Shown in pieces: positions 54,829 through 64,000 of a stretch of 64,000 nucleotides of DNA; the first letter of the stretch is position 1, and every line of letters starts with the position of its first letter. Origin of the DNA: a virus. The notes under the pieces are model-generated. The model worked only from the letters and a program-made list of their open reading frames with translations. It was not told where the DNA came from and did not search any database. A program made the translations under genes and the position numbers. The DNA lies in IMG/VR virus record IMGVR_UViG_3300015371_000010, positions 1 through 64,000 of that record. One strand, written 5' to 3'.

Positions 54829-56666
54829 CCACCAAGCGACAGGAGCGCACCGCCTCCGGAGCGGCCATCGCCGCCGGCGGTGGGGTAGCGGCCGGGACAG
54901 GGCTTGCCGCCGGCGGGGTGCCAGGCGGCAAGTCCGACTTCACCACGGTGCTCAACCTGAAGGAGCCCAAGGGCAAGACCAAGCCGGGTCGGCTGGCCAG
55001 CGCTGCGATCCGGAACCGGCACGTGGCCCGAGCCGCGCCCGGTGGCATCCTCGGCTTCCGCACCCACGCGCACCAGGGCGGGATGGTGGGCTTCGAGCAG
55101 CAGGCCGCGCACAAGGCTGGGGTGAAGCCCCCGTCGGGCAAGGAGGCCGGCCATGCCTTCTCGCACGGCTACGTCCAGGGCAAGATCGCGCCCGAGGCCA
55201 AGATCATCCGGCACATGAAGGGCGGCAAGAAGGCCGCTGCCGGGCTCCTGGTCGGTGGGGCCGCGACCACGGCGTACGGCCTGAAGCGGACCAAGGTGGA
55301 GAAGGCCCAGCGCCACAACGACCAGTACAGCGGCACTCTGGCCGGAGCCGGCGGGGCCGGACTGGCGGTCAGCGCCGGCGGGCACAAGCTGTTCCGGGGC
55401 CAGGAGCGCAAGTGGCGCAACACCGCGAACACCAGCGTCGACGAGGCCCAGAAGCTGGTGCCGGGGTTGGGTGGCCGACAGGGCCAGCGACTCTCGCTGA
55501 AGCAGATGCACAAGTACCGGCAGAAGCATGGACCGGACAAGCCGTGGCCGAAGTCGATGACCCCGGAGCGCTCGATGAGCGAGATCTCCCGGGACAAGAA
55601 GGTCTTCCAGGGGGTGCACCCGGAGGTGGCCCGGAAGGCCGGTCAGCTCCGAGGCGTGGCGGCTCAGGCCGAGCACTTCTCGCACGTCTACGGGAGCACA
55701 GCGAAGGTGGTGGGCAGGTTGCGGGGTCCAAGCGCGATCGTGGCGGGAGCCGGAGTCGGCGGGCTGGCGGCCTCCAGGAAGCCGGACAAGCGGGTCTCCA
55801 AGTCGGACAAGCCGCTGATGAGCGATGCCCAGCTGCGCCGCCGACGCAAGGCGCAGAGCTCCATCGGCCGGACCACCTCCACCATGGGCCTGACCGGTCT
55901 GGGCGTCACCGGAGTCGCGGCGGTGGCCGCCAAGAAGCCGGGTGTGCTCCGGGCGGTGCGCAAGGCACCGGGGCTGAAGGATGTCACGCCCAAGAAGATG
56001 GAGGGCTACGCGCTCAAGACCGGCATCGTCTCCGGTGGCATCGGCGGGATCGGTGGGTTCAACCAGGCCGCGATCTATGGCGACGAGGCGCGGCGCAAGA
56101 AGCAGACCACCCTGAAGAAGGGGCTGACGGAAGGCACGGACATGGGTGTCATCGAGATGGGGTTCTTCGGTGAGGAGGGCCGGCCGGTCAAGCTGAAGGA
56201 GATCGAGGCCGAGGTGGAGAAGGCCTGGACCCCCGCCGCGCGCAACTTCGACTCCGAGGCCAGCCGGCAGAAGCGGGCCAAGGTCTACGAGGGCGGGTCC
56301 CTGGTGGCTGCCGGCGGGGCCGGCGCGTACACCGCGCACCACGGGCTGAAGACGATCGAGGCAGGGCGTGGGGCCAAGCCCAAGGTGATGGCTCCGGTGG
56401 AGCACCGCCGCAACGCCAAGGGGAACCCGTACAAGATCGCGCTGGCCACCAAGGGCGAGCACGCCATCCCGGTAAAGGGTCTCAAGGCGGTGGGCCGTCA
56501 TGGTGGACGCACTGCGCTTGGTGCTGGCGCGGTTGCGGCTGCGGCTGGCACGCATGCTGCGCTGAAGCGGAAGCAGAGTGGCTCGTGGCAGCCCTACGCC
56601 AAGCGAGACACCTTCTCGGCCTTCGGCGTGGACCACGGACTGGACAGCTCAGAGTCCACTGTCTGA
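54825..56666 (+). CDS. Gly/Ala/Lys-rich modular protein, probable internal head protein
   Basis: ATGA overlap with the protease gene; hydrophobic Gly/Ala helices separated by VEKA/VSKS/YAKR; SAFGVDHG near the C-terminus. Confidence 0.7.
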   Translation: MTTKRQERTASGAAIAAGGGVAAGTGLAAGGVPGGKSDFTTVLNLKEPKGKTKPGRLASAAIRNRHVARAAPGGILGFRTHAHQGGMVGFEQQAAHKAGVKPPSGKEAGHAFSHGYVQGKIAPEAKIIRHMKGGKKAAAGLLVGGAATTAYGLKRTKVEKAQRHNDQYSGTLAGAGGAGLAVSAGGHKLFRGQERKWRNTANTSVDEAQKLVPGLGGRQGQRLSLKQMHKYRQKHGPDKPWPKSMTPERSMSEISRDKKVFQGVHPEVARKAGQLRGVAAQAEHFSHVYGSTAKVVGRLRGPSAIVAGAGVGGLAASRKPDKRVSKSDKPLMSDAQLRRRRKAQSSIGRTTSTMGLTGLGVTGVAAVAAKKPGVLRAVRKAPGLKDVTPKKMEGYALKTGIVSGGIGGIGGFNQAAIYGDEARRKKQTTLKKGLTEGTDMGVIEMGFFGEEGRPVKLKEIEAEVEKAWTPAARNFDSEASRQKRAKVYEGGSLVAAGGAGAYTAHHGLKTIEAGRGAKPKVMAPVEHRRNAKGNPYKIALATKGEHAIPVKGLKAVGRHGGRTALGAGAVAAAAGTHAALKRKQSGSWQPYAKRDTFSAFGVDHGLDSSESTV

Positions 56667-56714
56667 CACACCGAATGGACAGCACCGTGAGACTGAGAAC
56701 TAGAGGTTGATGAC

Positions 56715-57521
56715 ATGCCACAGCGACGGAACTTGACCGACATGGAGATCGACGAGATCTCCACGGTGGACAAGGCAGCGAACCAGCTTTCCAGGTTCGT
56801 CATTGCGAAGCGGGCTCCCGAGGAGGAAGAGATGCCCAAGCTCTACAACCAGGAGGGACAGCCCCTCGACGAAGACAACCTGGAGTTCGGCGACATCGTC
56901 TACGACGACCAGGGCCAGGCCTACGAGTGGGTCGAGGACAAGGGTGAGGAGGAGGAGAAGGACGAGCCCGTTCCCGAGCTCGCCACGGTCGGCAAGTCGG
57001 CCTTCTTCGAGCGCCAGGCTCCTCAGGCCGGCAGCTTCACCCAGTCGGTGATGGAGGAGCTCTCCAAGGCCTTCTCCGACGAGGACCGAGACGCCGTGAT
57101 CGCCAAGGCGCTCGGCCGGGTCGAGGAGCTGGAGAAGGCGCAGAAGGAGGCCGCCGAGATCGCCAAGAGCGAGCGGGACCTCCGGCTGACCCGGGAGTAC
57201 ATCTCCAAGGCCGCCGAGTACAACCTGCCGGTCGCGCCGACCGAGCTGGGCCCGGTGCTCTTCCGGATGGCCGAGTCGATGTCCTACGAGGACTGCGCAG
57301 TGATCGCCAAGTGCCTGGAGACGGCCGGCGAGATCCTCTTCGAGGAGCGCGGCTACCAGGGCGGCGGCGACAACGCCGACATCTACAGCCAGGTCTCCGC
57401 TCACGCTCACGAGGCCTTCGGCAAGTCCGAGGACTTCAACGAGGTGACCGCCATCAACAAGGTGTTCGACGAGAACCCGGACGCCTACGACGAGTACCTG
57501 CGTTCGCAGCAGATCCGATAG
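56715..57521 (+). CDS. Scaffolding protein
   Basis: IDEISTVDKAAN N-terminus; acidic coiled coil; NPDAYDEY C-terminus. Confidence 0.7.
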   Translation: MPQRRNLTDMEIDEISTVDKAANQLSRFVIAKRAPEEEEMPKLYNQEGQPLDEDNLEFGDIVYDDQGQAYEWVEDKGEEEEKDEPVPELATVGKSAFFERQAPQAGSFTQSVMEELSKAFSDEDRDAVIAKALGRVEELEKAQKEAAEIAKSERDLRLTREYISKAAEYNLPVAPTELGPVLFRMAESMSYEDCAVIAKCLETAGEILFEERGYQGGGDNADIYSQVSAHAHEAFGKSEDFNEVTAINKVFDENPDAYDEYLRSQQIR

Positions 57522-57533
57522 GAGGGAAGCTCA

Positions 57534-57935
57534 ATGGCCTACGAAGAGAGCCTTCGGTCGATCACGCTGAACGCGGACTCGTCCCTGGGCATCTACACGG
57601 GGGTTCCGGGTCAGCCCGGCTCCCCGGACCCACACGGAGGGCGGCAGTACCACTTCGTGAAGGTCACCGGCGTCCACCAGTGTGGGCTCGCGGCTGCCAC
57701 CGGCGATGTCTGTGGGGTGCTGCAGAACAAGCCCCAGGGCACCGGCCAGGCCGCCACGGTCGCCATCGCGGGGGTCTCCAAGGTGGTCTCCGATGTGGCG
57801 ATCACCGCAGGTGACCCGATCTACGCCAGCGCCGACGGCCAGGCTGCCAAGACCGGCACCGGTCCACGGGTCGGCACCGCACTGTCCACCACCGCCAACC
57901 CCGGAGAACTCGTCAACGTTCTCCTCACGCTCTGA
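57534..57935 (+). CDS. Capsid decoration/cement protein
   Basis: QYHFVK, GVLQNKP..G.AATV...GVSKV, AITAGD.I...ADG.A. Confidence 0.75.
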   Translation: MAYEESLRSITLNADSSLGIYTGVPGQPGSPDPHGGRQYHFVKVTGVHQCGLAAATGDVCGVLQNKPQGTGQAATVAIAGVSKVVSDVAITAGDPIYASADGQAAKTGTGPRVGTALSTTANPGELVNVLLTL

Positions 57936-57951
57936 GAGGGAGTGACTAGCC

Positions 57952-58950
57952 ATGCCTAACCCCACCCAGAGCGATCTCCACGTCAACGTTCCGCTGACCA
58001 ATGTCTCCGTCGCCTACATGCAGGACAAGTCGCAGTTCATCGCGGACAAGGTCTTCCCCCGGGTGCCGGTGCAGAAGCAGAGCGATCTGTACTGGAAGTA
58101 CTCCAAGTCCGACTGGCGCCGGACCGACGCGCAGAAGCGCGCCCCCGGCACCGAGACGGCTGGCGTTGGCTGGAAGGTCGACACGGGGCAGTACTTCGCC
58201 GAGGTCTGGGGTGTCCACAAGGACATCGACGACCAGGTCCGGGCGAACGCTGACTCCAACTGGAGGCTCGACAGCGACGCGACGACGTTCGTCACCAACC
58301 AGCTCCTGCTCCGCCGGGACCTGGACTGGAACGACAAGTACTTCAAGACCGGACAGTGGGGCACCGACCTCACCGGGGTCACCGGAACCGTGGGTGCCGG
58401 CCAGTTCCTGCAGTGGAGCGACCCGGCTTCAGACCCGATCGTGCAGTTCTCCGACCTGCAGACCAACTTCGTGGAGCAGTCCGGCCGCAAGGCCAACACG
58501 CTGGTCCTCGGAGCACGGGCGATCACTCAGCTGAAGAACCACCCCGACATCATCGACCGCATCAAGTACACCCAGCGTGGTGTGGTGACCACCGACCTGC
58601 TCGCGTCGCTGTTCGATGTGGAGCGGATCCTGGTCAGCTACGCGACGGTGACCGATGTGGCCGAGCTGAACGACGCCAAGGCGCAGGATGCTGCGGCGAC
58701 CTACCGGTTCATGTCCAACTCGAAGAGCGCGCTGCTCTGCTTCACCCCGAGCAGCCCGTCCCTGATGACCCCGGCTGCGGGCTACATCTTCACCTGGAAC
58801 GGCTACCTGGCTGGCAACAGCTACGGGATCCGCATGAAGAACTTCCGGATGGAGCCGATCGCTGCGGACCGCATCGAGGGCGAGATGACCTACGACATGC
58901 GTGTCGTGGCGAAGGACATGGGCATCTTCCTGGCCAACGCTGTCGCCTAG
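57952..58950 (+). CDS. Major capsid protein
   Basis: HVNVPLTNVSVAY.Q...FIADKVFP.VPV.KQSD; LKNHPDIIDRIKY. Confidence 0.9.
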   Translation: MPNPTQSDLHVNVPLTNVSVAYMQDKSQFIADKVFPRVPVQKQSDLYWKYSKSDWRRTDAQKRAPGTETAGVGWKVDTGQYFAEVWGVHKDIDDQVRANADSNWRLDSDATTFVTNQLLLRRDLDWNDKYFKTGQWGTDLTGVTGTVGAGQFLQWSDPASDPIVQFSDLQTNFVEQSGRKANTLVLGARAITQLKNHPDIIDRIKYTQRGVVTTDLLASLFDVERILVSYATVTDVAELNDAKAQDAAATYRFMSNSKSALLCFTPSSPSLMTPAAGYIFTWNGYLAGNSYGIRMKNFRMEPIAADRIEGEMTYDMRVVAKDMGIFLANAVA

Positions 58951-58958
58951 GAGGCGTC

Positions 58959-59159
58959 ATGGAGAGCGCCTTCGGCGTCGAGCATGGCGGAATCAGCAAG
59001 GGGCTCGGCGGGTTTCTGAAGCCCGCCGGGTCCAAGGCTGGCAAGGCCGTAGCAGTGGCTGGGAAGCGTCGTGGGCCGGTTACCGTCACCGGCGGCGCGC
59101 AGACCGGCGGTAAGTACCGGGCTGGGCAGCTGCCCTACAAGGGCAAGCACACGGGGTAG
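58959..59159 (+). CDS. Small basic protein beginning MESAFGVEHGGISK
   Basis: GGAGG SD; shared N-terminal motif. Confidence 0.7.
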   Translation: MESAFGVEHGGISKGLGGFLKPAGSKAGKAVAVAGKRRGPVTVTGGAQTGGKYRAGQLPYKGKHTG

Positions 59160-59258
59160 CCATGAAGCGGTTGGCCTGGTTGATCGGGCGGTTCGTGCGA
59201 TGGTTTCTGGGAATGCCTAGACAGCTACCAGGACCAGTACAGAGAAGGGCGGAGTTCC

Positions 59259-59783
59259 ATGCCTAGCCAGCTGATCAACAACGAGGCCATCTCTTTCGTC
59301 TGCGCCAAGAACTTCACCTACGCCGGCGAGGACTACCAGATGGGGGACGACTTCCCCCAGGAGGTGGCCAAGAACATCGAGTCTCTCGTCCGAGCTCGGT
59401 TCCTGATCCCGGTCATTGAGTCCACCGACGACAAGCCGCGGCACTGGCATCGAGAGGTACGGACTCGTGAGGAGGCCATGGAGTACCTCAACCGGGATCG
59501 GGTGCAGCTGCGAATGCACCACGAACCGGACTCGGACGAGGTGGTGGACATCGAGAAGCTCACCTACCCGGAGACCACTCCAGAGGCCGAGGAGCTGGCG
59601 GAGTCCCAGAGCGAGGAGACCACGACGGCTGCTCAGGCGGTGCACGACGACCAGTACGACCCCAGCTACCACACGGTGGTGGAGGTCAACACCTACCTGG
59701 CCACCGCCGACGCGGAGGAGCGGGAGCGGGTGCTGGAGGCCGAGCGCAACGGCAAGGCCCGCAAGGGCATCCTGGAGGCCTGA
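59259..59783 (+). CDS. Hypothetical head-region protein
   Basis: 174 aa; C-terminal TV.EV..YL...ERVLEAE..GKARKGIL domain. Confidence 0.7.
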   Translation: MPSQLINNEAISFVCAKNFTYAGEDYQMGDDFPQEVAKNIESLVRARFLIPVIESTDDKPRHWHREVRTREEAMEYLNRDRVQLRMHHEPDSDEVVDIEKLTYPETTPEAEELAESQSEETTTAAQAVHDDQYDPSYHTVVEVNTYLATADAEERERVLEAERNGKARKGILEA

Positions 59784-60145
59784 TGATCAGCGCGTTCGGT
59801 GTGGACCACGGCGAGGTCTCCAAGGCCTTCGGCTCCAACATCACCCGGTTGGGCTCCAAGCTCGGCTCCGCGACCTCACGGGCCGGCACCAACCTGGTCG
59901 GCCGGGGTGTGGCCAACAAGGGTGCGGCTCGGGCGATGGGGAAGCCGATGACCGGCGCGATGCGCGGGTTCCAGCGGGGTCTGGGCGTGGGCGGCAGTGC
60001 ACAGGGTGCTGTGGGCGGCCGGCTGCAGCGAGCCGGTGCCGGCATGATGAAGCGGCCCGGACTGACCGGGAGCCTGGCCGTGGGTGGCGCTGGCGCCGGT
60101 GGTGGCGCGGCTCTCCTCGGGAATCGGCAGCGCAGGACGTTCTGA
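59783..60145 (+). CDS. Gly-rich basic protein beginning MISAFGVDHGEVSKAF
   Basis: TGATG coupling; shared motif. Confidence 0.7.
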   Translation: MISAFGVDHGEVSKAFGSNITRLGSKLGSATSRAGTNLVGRGVANKGAARAMGKPMTGAMRGFQRGLGVGGSAQGAVGGRLQRAGAGMMKRPGLTGSLAVGGAGAGGGAALLGNRQRRTF

Positions 60146-60453
60146 TGCAGAGCGCGTTCGGGATCGAGCACGGGGAGGTCGCCAAGGCCTTCCGCGCGCC
60201 CCGGCCCAAGAAGGGCTACGTCCCGAGGGGCGGTGGCCAGACCGGCCCGCAGAAGACCAAGGGGGCGCTGCACCGGATCGGAGAGGCCGACATCTCCCTG
60301 AAGAACATCGGGACCGCCGCCGGCCGGGGCATGAAGGGCACTGGCGGCTTCCTGGAGCGGCATCCTGGTCTGACCGGCACGGCACTGGTGGGAGGTGGCG
60401 GTGCCGCCGGGTACAAGTACCTGAGCACCAAGCCGCGCAAGAAGGGGTCCTGA
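60145..60453 (+). CDS. Gly-rich basic protein beginning MQSAFGIEHGEVAKAF
   Basis: TGATG coupling; shared motif; paralogous PGLTG..A.VGG C-terminus. Confidence 0.7.
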   Translation: MQSAFGIEHGEVAKAFRAPRPKKGYVPRGGGQTGPQKTKGALHRIGEADISLKNIGTAAGRGMKGTGGFLERHPGLTGTALVGGGGAAGYKYLSTKPRKKGS

Positions 60454-60959
60454 TGACCACCACCTACACGGTCCCTGGCGATACCGACAAGGACACCCTG
60501 CGGTTCCTGATCCAGGACACCGACCCGCACGACGCGGATGAGTGGCAGCTCCAGGACGAAGAGATCCAATGGGCCTACGACACCTGGTTCCCGCTCTACA
60601 ACAACCTCTACTTTGTGGCGGCGACGCTGGCAGATACGATCGCAGCGCGTTACGCACGCGAGGCGTCTTACAGCGCCGACGGGGTGAGCATCAGTCTCGG
60701 GCCGGTGGGGGATCAGTACCGAGCTCTGGCTGCGTCGCTTCGAGAGCAGTACAAGAGCTCGCTCGTTGGGGGCGGACCCGACGTGGGTGGCATGGCCCCC
60801 AACGAGCAGCTCCTGCCCGACACCAAGCCGTTCTCCTTCGGCAAGGGGCTGCACGACAACATCGAGGCCGGCCCCCAGGAGTACGGCGGGGTCTACCCGC
60901 CTGAGCAGGCCCTGCAGATCCTGGCCGTGCCCGAGTACGAGCAGGTCGTCGAGCCGTGA
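60453..60959 (+). CDS. Head-to-tail adaptor
   Basis: DTLRFLIQDTD...LQDEEI...IAARYARE...QYRALA..LR. Confidence 0.75.
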   Translation: MTTTYTVPGDTDKDTLRFLIQDTDPHDADEWQLQDEEIQWAYDTWFPLYNNLYFVAATLADTIAARYAREASYSADGVSISLGPVGDQYRALAASLREQYKSSLVGGGPDVGGMAPNEQLLPDTKPFSFGKGLHDNIEAGPQEYGGVYPPEQALQILAVPEYEQVVEP

Positions 60960-61369
60960 CCAGCCCGATCACCGCCGAGGCTCGGAAGTACGTCCGGACC
61001 CGGGCCACCGAGGTGATGGAGTACACCTGCCGGATCGAGCGCACCGGGGTGCCCGGGAGCTATGACGAGGACTCGCTGATCTACACCCCCGAGGGCATGG
61101 CCGAGGTGATCTACGAGGGTCCCTGCCGGATCTGGGAGGTCTCTGGAGCGGCCGCGATCGTGGTGGGCGACACCGATGTCTACCAGGTCAGCACCAACCT
61201 CTCGATCCCCTGGGACACCCAGGCCATCGTCAAGCGCTATGACCAGGTGACCGTGCTGACCGCGCCCCAGGACAGCCAGATGGTGGGCAAGCGGTTCGAG
61301 ATCCAGACGGTGGCCAAGGCCGGTGAGCTCCGGGCCACCCGCCGCTTCGAGGTCACGGGGCTGCAGTGA
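60956..61369 (+). CDS. Head-to-tail stopper (DUF6093-like)
   Basis: M..TC.I.R, VIYEGPCRI, D.V.V...D..MVG..F, TRRF. Confidence 0.7.
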   Translation: MTSPITAEARKYVRTRATEVMEYTCRIERTGVPGSYDEDSLIYTPEGMAEVIYEGPCRIWEVSGAAAIVVGDTDVYQVSTNLSIPWDTQAIVKRYDQVTVLTAPQDSQMVGKRFEIQTVAKAGELRATRRFEVTGLQ

Positions 61370-61824
61370 CCGCCGTCGCCTCTGCCGACATCTCTCGGCT
61401 GACCGAGGCGTTGCGGAAGACCGCCCAGGAGTCCCAGATCACCACCCAGCAGGTGCTGATCCAGTCCGCCAACCACATCCTGGCGGAGATCGAGGCCCGG
61501 GTCCCGGTGAAGACCGGCACGCTGCGGCGCTCCCTGGCGATCAAGGTGGAGACCAACAAGGTGACCATCGGGCCCAACGAGGCCCAGGCCCCGTACGCCG
61601 GCTACGTGGAGTTCGGGACCAAGCCGCATGTGATCAAGCCCAAGAAGCCCGGTGGCTACCTGGTCTTCACCATCGGCGGTCGGAAGATCTTCGCCCGGCA
61701 GGTCCGCCATCCCGGCACCCGAGCGCAGCCCTACGTGGAGCCAGGCTTCGAGGCCTGGGTGGACAGTCTCGGGACGATGGCTGCAGAAGCGAATGTGAAG
61801 GTGTTCAAGGACGCTGCCAACTGA
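61366..61824 (+). CDS. HK97 gp10-like tail completion protein
   Basis: PVKTGTLRRS, YA.YVEFGT.PH.I.P, V.HPGT.AQPY. Confidence 0.85.
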   Translation: MTAVASADISRLTEALRKTAQESQITTQQVLIQSANHILAEIEARVPVKTGTLRRSLAIKVETNKVTIGPNEAQAPYAGYVEFGTKPHVIKPKKPGGYLVFTIGGRKIFARQVRHPGTRAQPYVEPGFEAWVDSLGTMAAEANVKVFKDAAN

Positions 61825-62291
61825 TGCCAAGCTCACTCTCCCGAGGACCGATCACCGACCGGCTACTGGCCGAGTTGGTGACCGAGAACTTCCCGGTGGG
61901 CGACAACGCCTCACCGACGGTGCCCTACGGCTGGCAGGGCGAGCCGAACGACCCAGGGACCACCTTCACGCCATGGATGTCCCTCACCCCCGGAGCCTCC
62001 ACCCTGCAGGCGCCTCCGGGGGCGATGGGCGACTCCCAGAGTGAGTGGCGACTGAGCTACCTGGTCATGTACTCCGGCATCTCCCGGAAGCAGACCGAGG
62101 CGCTGGCGGATCGGATGCGACTCAACCTGACCAACATCGTTCGGGAGTCGATCGACACGCCCACGGGGAAGTGGCGGATCCAGAAGACCACCTGTACCGC
62201 CATCGGCAACACCGCCCGGATCGGGTCGGCCTATCCGGACTACTTCACACAGACAGACTCATTCGAGGTATGGGTCACGAAGGGAAGCTGA
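61824..62291 (+). CDS. Tail terminator
   Basis: Position; VGD...P, G.SR.Q.E.LADR.R. Confidence 0.65.
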   Translation: MPSSLSRGPITDRLLAELVTENFPVGDNASPTVPYGWQGEPNDPGTTFTPWMSLTPGASTLQAPPGAMGDSQSEWRLSYLVMYSGISRKQTEALADRMRLNLTNIVRESIDTPTGKWRIQKTTCTAIGNTARIGSAYPDYFTQTDSFEVWVTKGS

Positions 62292-62292
62292 G

Positions 62293-62517
62293 ATGCCGCG
62301 TCCGAAGCAGATCAAGATCACCAAGGACGACCAGGTGGGCTACTGCCTGGAGTCCTCACTGAAGGCCTGGGAGCGCGCTGGCTGGACGCCTGCGGATGAT
62401 GGAAGTAGTGAAGAGGAAGCCCAGGTGAGCGCACACCCGATGGAGACCCAGGTGGTTGACACCGGTGAGCCAGGCCAGGAGGTTCCGCCGAAGAAGACTG
62501 CGAGGAAGGCACCGTAA
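62293..62517 (+). CDS. Small hypothetical protein
   Basis: 74 aa with SD; S..AWER.GW motif. Confidence 0.6.
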   Translation: MPRPKQIKITKDDQVGYCLESSLKAWERAGWTPADDGSSEEEAQVSAHPMETQVVDTGEPGQEVPPKKTARKAP

Positions 62518-62996
62518 TGGCCCGGATCATCCCGAACGAGAACACCTGGATCGGGTTCACGACTGCCGATATCACCGACCTGTCGGCCCCTACGGCCGCG
62601 CAGGTGGCGGCGTGTGTGGACCTCACTGGCTTCTGCATCAGCCTGAATGCCTCGGCCCGAGGCAACACCGTGCCGACGCCGGCCTTCGACTCCCTGTTCG
62701 AGACCAGCACGGCCGGTACCAGCGCGGCGACCTTCGACGCGGACTTCTACCGCGACGACGAGGACGACACCGCCTGGGAGACGCTGCCGCGCGGAACCCG
62801 TGGGACGTTCATCATCGCCAGGTTCGGTGGCACCGGTACCGACAACCTGCCGATCGCCGGGGATGACGTGGAGGTCTGGACCGTGATGGTGACCAGCCGG
62901 ACGATGGCGAACATGAGCTCCAACACGGTGCTCACCTTCACCGCCTCCTGCTCGGTCAACATCGAGCCGGCGGAGGATGCTGTAGTCGCTGCATAG
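62517..62996 (+). CDS. Major tail protein
   Basis: I.D..APT.A......DLT, R......GD.VEVW.V; directly upstream of the tail chaperones. Confidence 0.8.
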   Translation: MARIIPNENTWIGFTTADITDLSAPTAAQVAACVDLTGFCISLNASARGNTVPTPAFDSLFETSTAGTSAATFDADFYRDDEDDTAWETLPRGTRGTFIIARFGGTGTDNLPIAGDDVEVWTVMVTSRTMANMSSNTVLTFTASCSVNIEPAEDAVVAA

Positions 62997-63015
62997 GAAG
63001 GGCTAGCATCAGCCC

Positions 63016-63453
63016 GTGCCGACACAGAACGCGGGCAAGACCGTTGAGGCGCGCTCGAAGCAGTCGCAGGCTTCCAAGCGCGCCACCCTGGAGATGCTCC
63101 AGAACAAGCCACGCTCCACCACCGAGTTCTCGCTGTACCTGGGCGACGGCAATGGTGGAGCCAACGAGGTGACCCTGAAGTACCAGGCGATCGGGATGCG
63201 CGCCTACGACCGGCTGGTGGCCAAGCACCCACCCAAGCCCGAGCAGCGGGCCGAGGGTGCTTCCTTCGACATCGACACATTCGCGCCGGCGCTGATCGCC
63301 GCCTGCTCGGTGGACCCGGAGATCTCCCCGGCCGAGGCCAAGCAGATCTGGGACTCCGAGGACTGGTCGCGCGGGGATGTGATGGTCCTGTTCCGCAACG
63401 CGGTCGAGCTGAACAACCGGGGGCTGGACATCCCTTTCAGCGAGCGCGGCTGA
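63016..63453 (+). CDS. Tail assembly chaperone (G)
   Basis: AIG...YD.LV.KHPP, F..DTF.PALIAAC. Confidence 0.8.
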   Translation: MPTQNAGKTVEARSKQSQASKRATLEMLQNKPRSTTEFSLYLGDGNGGANEVTLKYQAIGMRAYDRLVAKHPPKPEQRAEGASFDIDTFAPALIAACSVDPEISPAEAKQIWDSEDWSRGDVMVLFRNAVELNNRGLDIPFSERG

Positions 63454-63806
63454 GGAAGGACCAGAACTTCTACCTGGAGATGCGCTACTGCAACGAGCAC
63501 GCCATCCCGCACTCCAAGTTCCTGACCTGGGACCCCGAGGACCGCGCCAAGTGTGTCGCCTTCATCCTGGAGGACTCGCTGCGCTGCAGCATGTGTGGCA
63601 CTGCTCCCTGGGAGTGGGAGGAGAACAAGTTCGCCTTCACCGCGGTCGATGAGTTCTGCCAGGGCTGCTACCAGAAGGCCATCTTCGGCGACACGCAGGG
63701 GTCGTCACTGCCCGGGACCAATGTCAAACTGATCCCAACCACCCCGCAGCTCACAGCTCAGATGGCCATCAAGGCCAAGAAGCGGGCCAGGCTGAAGATG
63801 GACTAG
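63432..63806 (+). CDS. Tail assembly chaperone GT extension via -1 frameshift
   Basis: Slippery C-CCT-TTC at 63432-63438; the -1 frame is open into ORF 63480-63806 (W...DR.K, C..CGT..WEW, C.GC). Confidence 0.75.
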   Translation, partial: PFQRARLRKDQNFYLEMRYCNEHAIPHSKFLTWDPEDRAKCVAFILEDSLRCSMCGTAPWEWEENKFAFTAVDEFCQGCYQKAIFGDTQGSSLPGTNVKLIPTTPQLTAQMAIKAKKRARLKMD

Positions 63807-63814
63807 GACGAGAT

Positions 63815-64000
63815 GTGACGAGCCAGCCGGTTGAGGCGAACGTTGTCCTGACAGCGGACAACACTCAATACGACCAGGCGATGAACCAGTCGACTCAGTC
63901 GACTGACCGGTTGGGCTCCTCCCTCGACTCGCTGGGCCGCAAGATCTCCTCGATCACCAAGATGGCGGGGAAGTCCCTGCTCGGGATCACTGCCGCCGAC
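63815..64000 (+). CDS. Tape measure protein, N-terminus (truncated by the window)
   Basis: GTG at 63815; VEANVVLTADNTQYDQAM; follows the tail chaperones. Confidence 0.8.
   Translation, partial: MTSQPVEANVVLTADNTQYDQAMNQSTQSTDRLGSSLDSLGRKISSITKMAGKSLLGITAAD

Noticed and set aside
48055-56636. Very long minus-strand ORFs (48055-51783, 51618-53900, 54810-56636) and similar ones elsewhere
   Set aside because: Antisense shadows of high-GC3 plus-strand genes, with no motifs or SD sites

Overview
This window is about 64 kb of a high-GC tailed dsDNA phage (siphovirus-type) of an actinobacterial host. The host call rests on WhiB, a class F sortase, a DUF3039-like protein and GAAAGGA-type SD sites. 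Layout: (i) 1-16835, a leftward early/accessory region of small genes ending in an inverted tail-fibre-like cassette; (ii) 16900-31700, a rightward glycoside hydrolase and replication/recombination genes (DnaB-like helicase, DnaG-like primase, SSB, DnaE-type polymerase, Cas4-like nuclease, two EEP-fold proteins, RuvC, WhiB); (iii) 31500-44100, putative small terminase, minor tail/fibre genes, holin and endolysin, placed upstream of the large terminase; (iv) 44110-64000, terminase, portal, head accessory proteins, XkdF-like protease, scaffold, capsid, neck, major tail, frameshifted tail chaperones and the start of the tape measure gene. The standout is at 1421-5722 on the minus strand. An HTH gene and a stand-alone RAMP/Cas7-like gene are followed, starting at the RAMP stop codon, by a ~2.8 kb non-coding array of about 50 units, and then by an accessory gene. 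Each unit is a GGCAGGC handle followed by alternating variable dinucleotides and conserved GGY triplets (5-nt period). It is not a CRISPR array, but it looks like an RNA-guided system with a gapped, dinucleotide-coded guide. All family calls are by eye from motifs; no searches were run.
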